Source: Octopus sinensis (lineage: Eukaryota). From it: 64,000 nt of DNA. Shown piece after piece: positions 1 through 11,138 of the stretch. The stretch spans positions 27,714,001 to 27,778,000 of the forward strand of contig NC_043021.1 in assembly GCF_006345805.1 (NCBI RefSeq), read 5' to 3'. The stretch's first letter is position 1. Every line of letters begins with the position of its first letter. The position numbers and the translations under genes are program-made. The notes under the pieces are model-generated. The model worked only from the letters and a program-made list of their open reading frames with translations, did not search any database and was not told where the DNA came from.

Positions 1-1491
1 TGGGACGCTGGACGGACGGACCGGTTAAATTGCTCGGGGTCTGGTTCGGTCCGGACCTCCAAATGGAGAAGAACTGGGGCGAGATAACGACTAGGGTGGC
101 TACTCTCACCCAGAAATGGGCTGAGAGAAAGCTATCCCTAAAAGGTCAGGCGGAGGTGGCGAACGCGTACATCGCATCCGTCATCGAGCATCGTGCCTTG
201 TCCCGACCCTACCATCACCAAACTGGAACGCATACTCTTCCGCTTCTTGTGGAAGGGCAACGTTCCGATGGTTAGGCGATCCATTTGCTGCCAACACCCG
301 CTAAATGGAGGGCTGGGCATGCCGTGGTTGATGATGCGCAGACATGCGCTGAGACTGCGACATCTCCGGCGCTTCATAGACAACGGTGAACAGGTGTGGT
401 CGCCTTTTGTGCGGCGCGCTTTTCCGCAGCTCGTCTCCTTGGACGAACTACAGTCATGGATCAAGCAGAGACCGAGGCTAGGCGAATGGCACCGCGAGTG
501 TCGCGTTGCTCTCAAGCAACTCTGCCGTCCGGGATCGAACTTGTGCGACTCCATCACAACAAAGGCATTCTATAGAGGATTAGTGGAGGGGAGGTGCGAC
601 GACGAACTCGGGCAGAGTCTGGGCGTCGACGAGGAACACCTGACCCGCCTGTTCAGGACAACTTTCGGGCCAGGACCTATGAACAATCACCAAAGATCCC
701 TGGCCAGCAGTGCTATCGAGAAGCATTACCTGTTCGGGATAAGCTCTACAGACACGGTTCCAGACACACTGGACCGACTTGCCCCAGATGCGGTCAGAGC
801 GACGAAACCGTTCTGCACGCACTCGTGCAATGTCCAACCATTTCAGACCTGTGGGCTTATGCCGAACGGCTGCTGTCACGTGTGGGACGAATCCGCCTAT
901 CAGCCGAGTCTATCGTGAGAGTTGCTCCGCCTCCTTCCCTCAACCGGAAAGGCAAGGCAGTTTTCATCGTACTGGTGGCCATGGTGAAAGAATGTGTGTG
1001 GTGGACCCGAGCGAAAGGATTAGAGACAAACACTTACCTCTCTGGCCAATCGCTCATCAACTTGAAAAGGAAGGTGAGAATGGAGAGGGAAGTTTTGTCT
1101 CGCGAAAGATTAAAAAAAAGATGGGTGAATGTTGCAAAGATGATGCGTGCGAGTGACGAAACCATTTTGAGCATGATCCTGTAGATCGTAAAAAAGAAAG
1201 AAAGAGAGCATTCTGATCTCATGTGGTTATTTCCTCCCTGACTGAGGTTCCCGTGGTCTTTTCTGTAGGCTTTTCTTCCCACGGATGAACCCAATCTTGT
1301 TTTATCTTGTTTTATCAATGTTTTTATCATTATTTCTGTGATACACGATTTCTTTTCTTTTTTTTCTCCTCTCGATCCCTTTTGATCGCAATCTTAGATT
1401 AATTTTCTTTTTTTCCACCCTCGAAAAGAAAAGCTCTGCATTTGTATTTGTCCCCTCTGTATTCAGCCCTGTGTGGCTAATAAAAGAAAGT
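1..1491 (+). mobile_element. Tx1-like (L1 clade) non-LTR retrotransposon copy A, 3' part; the element begins upstream of the window
   Basis: Frameshifted ORF2 C-terminus with [18 protein letters not shown] zinc finger, stop at 1184. 3' UTR nearly identical to copy D (36483-36788). Ends GCCCTGTGTGGCT-AATAAA-AGAAAGT then TATC. Confidence 0.93.
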
Positions 1492-1520
1492 TATCTGTCT
1501 GTCTGTCTATCTATCTATCT
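1492..1520 (+). repeat. (TATC/TGTC)n tract between copies A and B
   Basis: tatctgtctgtctgtctatctatctatct seen directly. Confidence 0.95.
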
Positions 1521-1926
1521 CGATCGATAGTGTTCATTGTTGAATCGGCTCGAAGGTCAATCGCCTTTTTTTATTGTTTTTTGAAAAAGTTTCGTTTCAA
1601 ATTTTCACGCACGGAGTGTGTAAGACACCCAGCTTTCGCCTGGGTGTGTTTTCCGGAGCGGATTTTGCCCCTAGGGGCAATTTCAGCCTTGATTAGATAT
1701 CAAAATTTTTGCTTCCATAGCTTGTTTTCACGTAATCTCGCCGAAGCGTTCCTCATAACACATAGACGCTGTTCTCTCTCTCTCTGTTGCATCCATTTGT
1801 TTACGTCTTACATTTTCGGAGTTTTTCAATTTTTCAAACGCCCAACTTTCGTTTGAGTGCTTTTTAAATGTAGAATTCGCCCCTAGGGGCATTTCCATTA
1901 ATTGATTTTTTATTTCTTGATAAAAA

Positions 1927-3915
1927 ATGTCGAGAAATTTTATCGTAGAACAGTATTCTGCGATTTTTTCCAAGGAAGATTTTCCTGCTTTGGAAAAGAC
2001 AGTCAACAACGACGCTGATACAAAGGAAGATAAGACTGAAATCAACACCACCACCACCACCACCACCACCACCACCACCACCACCACCACCACCACCACC
2101 AAAACTACCACATCTGATAGAACTAACACTGACACAACAACCGTTAACAACAACAACAGCAAGAATAACAACAACAAACATGAAGTAAATATAAACGACC
2201 ACGATGTTTCGCAAGATTTGATTATCTCACCTATTAATGGTGAAGATAATATTAACATGACAAAAGTAAAAGTACCTGAAAAAGCTACAAACACTACAAC
2301 AACCAACAATAATTCTGATACAACAACAACAAGAACACACAACGATAACAACTGCCAGAAAAGAACTGTGAATTTCACTGACACCCTGCGACAAAAAAGG
2401 GAAATTATACAGTTCATAAATGAAGAGTTGGTGGAGACAAGATCACTCTTCACAACTTCAGGGCAAAATTTAATTCTAGATACACCACAACATATTAAAG
2501 AAGAAGTAGAAAAACAAACAATTCTATATAGAATTATTAGAAAAACTCCCCCAAAAATGAACAAATAACAAAAACAGACGTAGAAAAATGTGCAAAAAAC
2601 ATCATGAAAACAAAAGAATACATAAACTGGGGTCCCCAGTTTAATACAGTGGTGGTCCGCTTCCCTAACCAGGAAGTGGCAAAAGCTCACTCTACGGAGA
2701 CTTTGCAAACTGAAGAATACATCATGATACCATATTACAAAGGACAAAGAGTGAGCAAATTTAGAATAAAAAATGTCCCGCCAGAAATACCACCCAAATG
2801 GATAACATCGGTGATGTGTTATCATTTGAAATCGATAAACATATTGGAAATCGCCGTGTTTAAAAATGATAATTGGAGTGGTAAATCGATAGAAGTGACC
2901 CTTCAAATCGATGGGTCTTCTATCGAGAACTTACATAATATCATATATTTGGAAAATGGACAAAGCCTGTATGTGGTAGCAGAAGGTAAAAACTACAATG
3001 CTACAGCTGTGGCAGCCCAGACCACTTAATTGCAAAGTGCGTTCTGGGACAGAAAAAACAAGAAAAAACAAATCAAAAAACAAATAAAAAACCTCTGCTA
3101 CCAACCCCACCAAACCCACAACTGATACAAGAATTATATAAAAATATGGAACAACGCCAAGAACAACAACAAATTAGCAAACAAACCCCAACAACATCAG
3201 CAAGAAAAGAAACAGCACCAACACAATTACCGCTGACGTCGCAACCAAATAAAGAAGCAAAACCACAACCAACATCAAAAGACAGACCAACACCAGCACC
3301 AAGGACGACAACTAAGAAAACAGATAACAGTGACGAGAAGACAAATTCTACCTCTAACACCACAACAACACAAACACCGCACAAAATAGCAACAATTTCT
3401 ACAAACATACATATTAACGCAAATGCTTTGCCTTTACCCCCCTTCTGATTCGTCAGACTCTTCGTCCAACGACGAAAGTTCGACGGAATGGCAAATAGAC
3501 ACAGGGGGTAAAAGGAAAAGATAAAAAAAAGCCCACCAAACAAGTAAGTAAAGCAGGGAGATATTTAACTCCTGACAGCCCCACCTTAGATAATCAAAGC
3601 ATCAATGACCCCGCAAAACCACACACACATCTAACAGCAATAGACACGGGCAATAAAAAACTAATGGAATACATTGCATCCAACACGAACATCTGTGAAG
3701 ATGACTTTAAGATAAATAATCATCCGCGCACTACACCACCGAAACACATAAGAATTGTACACATAACACAAACACAACACCTAACACTGAAAACCATATT
3801 TCCAAATGCGGTAGAGAGGTTTCAAAAGTAGTTGTCGAATAAACTTTACAAACACCTCCTCAAAGACATTTCAAAAGAAGAAGAAAAAACTCAAACTTTC
3901 GAAATGAGTAAGTGA
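1927..3915 (+). pseudogene. ORF1 (gag-like nucleic-acid-binding protein with CCHC knuckle) of copy B, frameshifted
   Basis: Starts MSRNFIVEQYSAIFSKEDFPAL; Thr/Asn tract; frameshifted CYSCGSPDHLIAKC knuckle near 3000-3040; ends EMSK* as in copy C. Confidence 0.85.
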
Positions 3916-3981
3916 CCTTCCCTCTTGCCTCTTGTCTCTTTCAATGTAGTGTGTGAAACACAAATTTCTTAAACATCAATT

Positions 3982-6900
3982 ATGCTTAAATTAGGTTGTG
4001 TGAATGTGCATGACTTTACGTCGGCTTAGAAGCAAGGTTACCTTCTAAACGACATCAAGTCACTGAACGTGGATATAGTAGCTATCGGTGAAACCAGACT
4101 CATCAAGCCGCGGGCCCTCGCGTCCATGTTTGGCGGTCAATTCGACATTTATTTTTCTCCCTGTCTGACGAGCAGAGGTGGTGGGGCTACCGCGGTGCTT
4201 TTTCGAAAGAGTCTAAATGTAAAAGTAAGAACAATATTCCTAGACCCGGAGGGCAGGCTGGTTGTCTTGGACGTGGATGGCAGAAATGGGTGTGCATTCC
4301 GTCTGATGGCAGTTTATGCACCGTCCTTAACGGGTCGGGCGGATTTCTTCAGACGTCTAGAGGTTTTCCTGGGAACGTCCAGACCTTTACTGTTAGTAGG
4401 GGATTGGAACGCTACCTTGGACACGCATCTGGACTATGTGGGAATGGATAGAAATAGAAAGAGGTGTAAGTGCCTCAAAGACCTGCTCAGACGTTTCCAT
4501 TTGTCTGACAGGTTCCGACTTGACCATCCGAATGTGCCAACGTGGACTTGGACAAACCGCGACGGATCGTCGAGATCTTATCTAAATAGAATTCTATGCA
4601 GGACAGAGGATAGGGATAGCGTAGGATGTCCACAATTTAAAATAGTCAGCTACACAGATCACAAATTTGTGACGTGTACGCTCGACTTAGATATGACACA
4701 TAGACAGGGTCCCGGTTACTGGAAACTGAACACGTCGCTCTTAGCGCGATAGGTTTACAGGAACCGGATTAGCGAGTTAATTAAGAGTGCGTTGGGCGGG
4801 AGCCGTCGTTAACAACCGCTGGTGGTTCGCCCTGAAAATGGCTATAAAATCGGAATCAATTAAGTTTAGCAAGGAATTAGCGATAGATCGAAATAGAGTA
4901 GAGGGAGACTTGGTTAAGAAACTAGAAGAGGCACTTACCACTGGCAGCGCAACCAACTTGCTGGCTGCGAGGATGACCCTCGAACAACACCTCAACGCCA
5001 AACACGAAGATTGCGTTGTCAGAGCTAAAATGCGTGCCTTAAGGAACGAAGGGATCGAAGCTGCGCGAGAGGCCCGGGTAGCGGAGGCGCAACGTGGCAA
5101 CAGACCCACCATTCGGTCTCTAATAGATCAACAGGGATGCAGTTTACCCGAACCCGAAAGGATGTGTGTGGCCTTTCAACAGCACTTTGCTCGACTGTTT
5201 GGTGCGAGTGGTGGATCGGAACGCGGGATGAATTTCAGTGCCTACCTGACCGACCTGCCGCGGCTCTCGGCAAGAGAAGCGGAGTGTTGTGAAAGTTCCA
5301 TCACAGCCGCCGACGTGCGGGATGCGATGGCGGGCTGCGCAAGGGATAAGTCGCCTGGATTGGATGGTCTACTCTACGAGCTGTATTGTCAAAATGCCAG
5401 ACTTGTTTGGCGACCTCTTGGCATCAGTCTACTGCAACTGGCAACAAAACGGGAGAATCCCCGGTTTCGTGAGCCGAGGTGCAGTGACGTTGCTGACGAA
5501 AGACCCAAACAAGGGGAATTTTATAGATAATTTCAGGCCCATCACTCTGCTCAACGCAGATTTGAAAATTTTGGCCAAAGTAACAGCCGAGAGGTTGGCG
5601 CTTTTCATTGGTAAACTGGTTGACAGGGCGCAAACAGGCGCCATGCCGGGCAGAACCATACATGACAACCTCCATCTGATGCGCTACATTGTGGAGAGGG
5701 TAGTTAAGGATCCTGGCATGGGTGGGGCGCTGATCAATTTGTATCAGTCTAAAGCCTTAGGGTCGACCATCGGTACTTGGCGGCCGTCCTCAGGGCGGCT
5801 GGCTTCGGACCCGTCTTCCGCGGTTGGATTGCTGCCTTGTATAGCGGCTTCCGATCGGTAATTCGAGTGAACGGTCACCTGTCGAAACCGTTTGACATTA
5901 CGCGTTCGGTCCGTCAGGGGTGTCCCCTGTCGGCGCTTCTGTATGTATTGACTCTCGAGCCGCTACTGCGGAAGCTGGCGATACTGAGGGGCATCTCACG
6001 GGAACTGGGTTGCGAGACCAGCGTGTCGGCATATGCGGACGATGTCACCGTCATAGTGTCGAGCGAAAAACACATCCAGATGATAGGCGAGACAGTAAAA
6101 GAATACGAAATGGTGACGGGAGCGAAAATTAACCCGTAAAAGTCAGTGGGTTTGCTACTCGGCACCTGGAGAACCAAGCCTATACCGTCCGACTGCGGCT
6201 CAGTAGTGGGACGCTGGACGGACGGACCAGTTAAATTGCTCGGGGTCAAGTTTAGTCCAGACCTCCAAATGGATAAGAATTGGGACGAGATCACGAGTAG
6301 AGTGGTCGCTCTCAGCCAAACATGGGCCGAGAGAAAGCTATCTCTAAAAGGTCGGGCGGAGGTGGCGAACGCGTACATCGCATCCGTCATCGATTACCGC
6401 CTGACCGCCGTGCCTTGTCCCGACGCCACCATCACCAAACTGGAGCGCATGCTCTTCCGCTTCCTGTGGAAGGGTGGCGTTCCGATGGTGAGGAAATCCA
6501 TTTGCTGTCAACATCCGTTGAATGGAGGACTGGGCATGCCGTGGTTGATGATGCGCAGGCATGCGCTGAGACTGCGACATCTCTGGAACTTCATCGATGA
6601 CGGTGAACAGGTGTGGGCGCCGTTTGTGAGGGGCGCCTTTCCGCAGCTCGTCTCAGCGACCGAACTGCAAACGTGGATCAAGAAGAGACCGAAACTGGGC
6701 GATTGGCACCGAGAGTGTCGCCAAGCTCTACAGCAGCTCTGCCGACCGGGGCCAAACTTGTGCAACTTACAAACGACTAAAGCGTTCTATAGAGGACTAG
6801 TGGAGGGGAGGTCCGACGACACACTCGGGGCAAACCTGGGTGTCGACTAGAAATTCCTAACCCGCCTGTTCAGGACGACGTTCGGGCCGGGGCCTATGGA

Positions 6901-7404
6901 TAACTTCCAGAGATCCCTGACTTCGCAATGCTATCGAGACGCACTACCTGTTCGAGTGAAGAGCAGCTACAGGCATGGTTCGAAAACCACAACCGGACCG
7001 ACCTGCCCGAGATGCGGTCAGAGTGACGAAACCGTTCTGCACGCACTCGTGCAGTGTCTAGATATTTCAGAGCTGTGGAGCTTCGTCGAACAGCTGTTGT
7101 CACGTGTAGGACGGGCCCGCTTATCGGCCGAGTGGATCTTGAATATTGTTCCACCACCTTCCTTTAAACGGGAAGGAAAAATGTTTTGGCGAAAGAATGT
7201 GTGTGGTGGACGCGTTTGAAAGGGCTACAAACAAACATCTTCCTCTCTGGTCAGTCTCTCGTCAACTTTTTCAAGTACCACTTGAAAAGGAGGATGAGAA
7301 TAGGGAGGAAGGCTTTGCCGAACGAATGTTTCAATAAAAAGTGGGTAAAAGTGGCAAAAATGGTCAGTATGAAAGACGACACCATTTTAAGCGTAAATCT
7401 GTAA
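3982..7404 (+). pseudogene. ORF2 (APE endonuclease - reverse transcriptase - CCHC zinc finger) of copy B, several stops/frameshifts
   Basis: EN motifs ETR, VYAP, GDWN, YTDHK; RT motifs FRPITLLN, RQGCPLS, YADD; C-terminal CPRC...H...C. Confidence 0.95.
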
Positions 7405-7682
7405 CCAAAAGAGACAACGAGAGGTAAGGTGACTTACTCTTGTGTACATTTCGAACTGTCTGAGGCGACCTTGGTCTTTTTTGTAGGTTTTTCTTTCCAA
7501 GGCTACACCTAAACTGTGAACTTTATATATATAGCTTTTTATACACCACGTAACCCACAGATCCCTATTGATCGAACGTTTTTTCTTTGTGTGTCCCACC
7601 CATCCCACCTCGAAAACAAAAACTCTACATTGTATTTCGTCCATTTTTTCTTTATTAAGCCCTGTGTGGCCACAATAAAAAG

Positions 7683-7683
<1 letters not shown>

Positions 7684-7751
<68 letters not shown>

Positions 7752-7763
7752 CATCCATCCAGA

Positions 7764-7844
<81 letters not shown>

Positions 7845-7845
7845 G
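7684..7845 (+). repeat. (TATC)n tract 3' of copy B
   Basis: Seen directly. Confidence 0.97.
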
Positions 7846-8014
7846 TCTCTTTGTCTATCTAGCTGCCCATCTCTTGCTCTCTCTCTCTCTCTATCTATTT
7901 GTCTGTCTGTCTGTCTATCAATTACACAGGCTCTACCTCTCTCGTTGCCTCTCTCTCTCTCTCTCTCTCTTAACAACAACTTCTACATATACGTGTATTT
8001 GTGTTTGCCCCCCC

Positions 8015-8190
8015 CCCACTATCGCTTAACAACCGATGATGGTGTATTCATTTCCCCGTAAGATAGCGGTTCGGCAAATGCTACCGATAAAATATGTACT
8101 AGGCTAAGAAAGGCCAGAGGTAGAATTGTTCGACTAAAGGCGGTTCTCCAGCATGGCCGCAATCAAATGACTCAAACCAGTAAAAGTACA
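8015..8190 (+). mobile_element. SINE 3' module (...CCAGCATGGCCGC-A-TCAAATGACT-AAAC-AGTAAAAG)
   Basis: Matches the 3' module of the bipartite SINE at 44935-45385 and the reverse complement of 9775-9975. Confidence 0.7.
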
Positions 8191-8343
8191 TACATACATA
8201 TACATACATACAAACACATATATATATATGTATGTATATATATATGTATATATATATATAAACGTATATACATATGTGTGTATATATATGCATATATACG
8301 TATGTATATACATATGCATATATATATATATATATAATATATA

Positions 8344-8396
<53 letters not shown>

Positions 8397-9595
8397 TTCC
8401 TACATATATATACATATATATACATATATACATATATATATATGTGTATGTGTATGTGTGTATGTATGGAGAAGCCTCTGATCGAAGGTAGCATCGCTTG
8501 TTATGATAATGTTTTTAATATGGAGGCTGAAGCACTAATATCATCGTATATTGTTTTACTGCTCACAGATGAAACCAGGTTCAAATCCTCTCGGCTACGC
8601 TACAACTTTTAATTTTTGTTTTATTTATTAAATATGGACGAGTCCGTGTGTGCATTAGCACCGTGCAAATGAACAAGAACAAAGGAATATACATTTACGT
8701 ATGCACTCATATCCAAACTCTCTTTCTGTCTCTGTCTCTCTGTCTCTCTCTTCTCTCTATTTTCTCTTCTACGCCCACCTTCATCTCTGGAATTTCCTCA
8801 CGCAGAGGCAATCATCAACGGACAGCTAGAAATCTCATTGAAGACATTTTACATTCAATATGATTGAATTTCCTGTGTTTGTACACAATGTCCACACATC
8901 GAAGAATGAAATATAATCCCACAATTCAATCAAATCGATAGTTTAGGAAACTTACAATAAATAAATAAACATCGAAATTAATTAATAAATAAGAAAGAAT
9001 GACACCTCAAATGTATCTGGATTCAATAAATATTAATAAACATTCCTCGTCACAAATTGTAAATGAATTTATAATAAAATTTCATTTATCCTCATCTGCA
9101 AGCTTATAATATTCTTTTCGAATTGTCCCTAAAGACGACAGGGTATGAGTTAAACTAAACACACACCTGCCACCTACGCACCCAAACACACGCAAAGACA
9201 AATATTTATACACGCACACACACACACACATATATATATGTATGGATATATATTTACACATATACTTGTACACACATATATGTGTATGCATATGCATATG
9301 TACGTATATGTATAATATCAATCTATGTATCTACTTGTCTGTCTGTCAGCCTCTGTCTCTCTGCCTTTGTCTGTCTATCTGCCTCTCTCTCTCTTTATAC
9401 ACAAACTTCCTTCCAAGAACATCTAAAATCTTCTTAATACGAAATTACAATAGTTTCAATGTCATGATTAGCGAAAGCGAAACCAGTCGACAAACGATAT
9501 TTTTCAGTTATAAAATATATTACAAAACACATCAAAACTATGTAAGCTTTCCGCATTTTCTGTCTTCTATTTTATATACACATATTTTCTATTAT

Positions 9596-9752
9596 ATAGG
9601 AGTGGCTGCGTGGTAAGAAACTTGCTTCCCAACCACATTTTTACGAGTTCAGTACCACTGCATGGCACCTTGGGCAGGTGTCTTCTACTATAGCCTCGGG
9701 ACGACCAAAGCCTTGTGAGTGGATTTTGTGGACTGAAATTAAAAGAATCCCG
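9596..9752 (+). mobile_element. tRNA-derived SINE, 5' module
   Basis: A/B-box-like head then GGCACCTTGGGCAGGTGTCTTCTACTATAGCCTCGGG...CCAAAGCCTTGTGAGTGGAT, repeated at least 6 times in the window. Confidence 0.75.
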
Positions 9753-9774
9753 TTGTATATATATATATACTCTT

Positions 9775-10208
9775 TTACTCTCTTTTACTCTTTTACTTGT
9801 TTCAGTCATTTGACTGCGGCCATGCTGGAGCACCGCCTTTAATCGAGCAACTCGATCCCGGGACTTATTCTTTTTGTAAGCCCAGTACTTATTCTATCGG
9901 TCTCTTTTTCCGAACCGCTAAGTAACGGGGACATAAACACACAAGCATCGGTTGTCAAGCAATGCTAGGGGGATAAACACATACACACAAACACACACAC
10001 GCATATTATATATATATATATATATTATATATATATATATATATACGACGGGCTTCTTTCAGTTTCCGTCTACCAAATCCACTCACAAGGCTTTGGTCGG
10101 CCCTAGATTATAGTAGAAGACACTTGCCCAAGGTGCCTCGTAGTGGGACTGAACCCGGAACCATGTGGTTGGTAAACAAGCTACTAACCACACAGCCACT
10201 CCTGCGCC
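9775..10208 (-). mobile_element. Full-length bipartite SINE (tRNA head / internal TA-CA microsatellite / 3' module ending in TAAAAGAG repeats)
   Basis: Same module order as 40735-41085 (-) and 44935-45385 (+). Confidence 0.75.
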
Positions 10209-10317
10209 AATAACTAAATATATATATATATATACTCTTTTACTCTTTTACTTGTTTCAGCCATCCGGCTGAGGCCATGCTGGGGCACCGCCCTTGTTGC
10301 TACCCTCTCTAAGTCCA

Positions 10318-10398
<81 letters not shown>

Positions 10399-10405
10399 TA
10401 TATTT

Positions 10406-11042
10406 ATAATTAATATAGGATAAAATTTTTTTCGGGCCACCATATCGAAAAATGCCTTTAAAGGTAAAATTTATACATAATTTACAAGATAAGGGCAGAA
10501 GAAAAATTCTAATGCCAGATATGCCGAAACAAAAAAATTTGCCGATAACCATTATAATTTATGCGTCTCGAAACAAACCGATAGAAATCTCTAAAAAATT
10601 CGTTATTACCGTTTTGGTCCAATTTCGGGGTTAATTCATAAGAAATGTTTCCCCTCTTCAGCGGCAAATACGCGAGATATAAATGAAATACATACTCATA
10701 CCCATGGAAAAAGGAAGCACTAAGTCCCGAGCAGACTTAAGTACCCCAAATATATCCAAAATAGAAAAATCTGCGGCGCACCTCGAGACACGTGTGATTC
10801 GAACTAGAAACTTTCACAGAGTGATAGAATCCTATAATTAATATAGGATGAAATTGTTTTCGGGAAAAAAATTTAATCAATGGCCAGCATATCAAAAAAT
10901 GCCTTTAAAGGTAACATTTATACATAATTTAAAGATAAGGGCAGAAGAAAAATTCTTATGCCAGATATGCCGAAATAAAAATTTTGTCGATAACCATTAT
11001 AATTTATGCGTCTCGAAACAAACCGATAGAAATCTCTAAAAA
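10406..11042. repeat. Tandem duplication, ~428-bp unit plus a partial second unit
   Basis: ATAATTAATATAGGAT at 10406 and 10834, followed by ~200 bp of near-matching sequence. Confidence 0.8.
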
Positions 11043-11079
11043 ATGTATATATACATACTACATATATATATAATATATA

Positions 11080-11138
<59 letters not shown>

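Larger units (their letters stand above)
1521..7683 (+). mobile_element. Tx1-like retrotransposon copy B, full length, decayed
   Basis: 5' UTR, ORF1, ORF2 and 3' UTR in order; flanked by TATC on both sides; AATAAA at 7674-7679. Confidence 0.95.

Noticed and set aside
1521-1700. HDV-like ribozyme at the Tx1 5' end (loop CTTTCGC resembles L3)
   Set aside because: I could not find P1, P2 or J4/2 partners; a simple 8-bp hairpin explains the pairing
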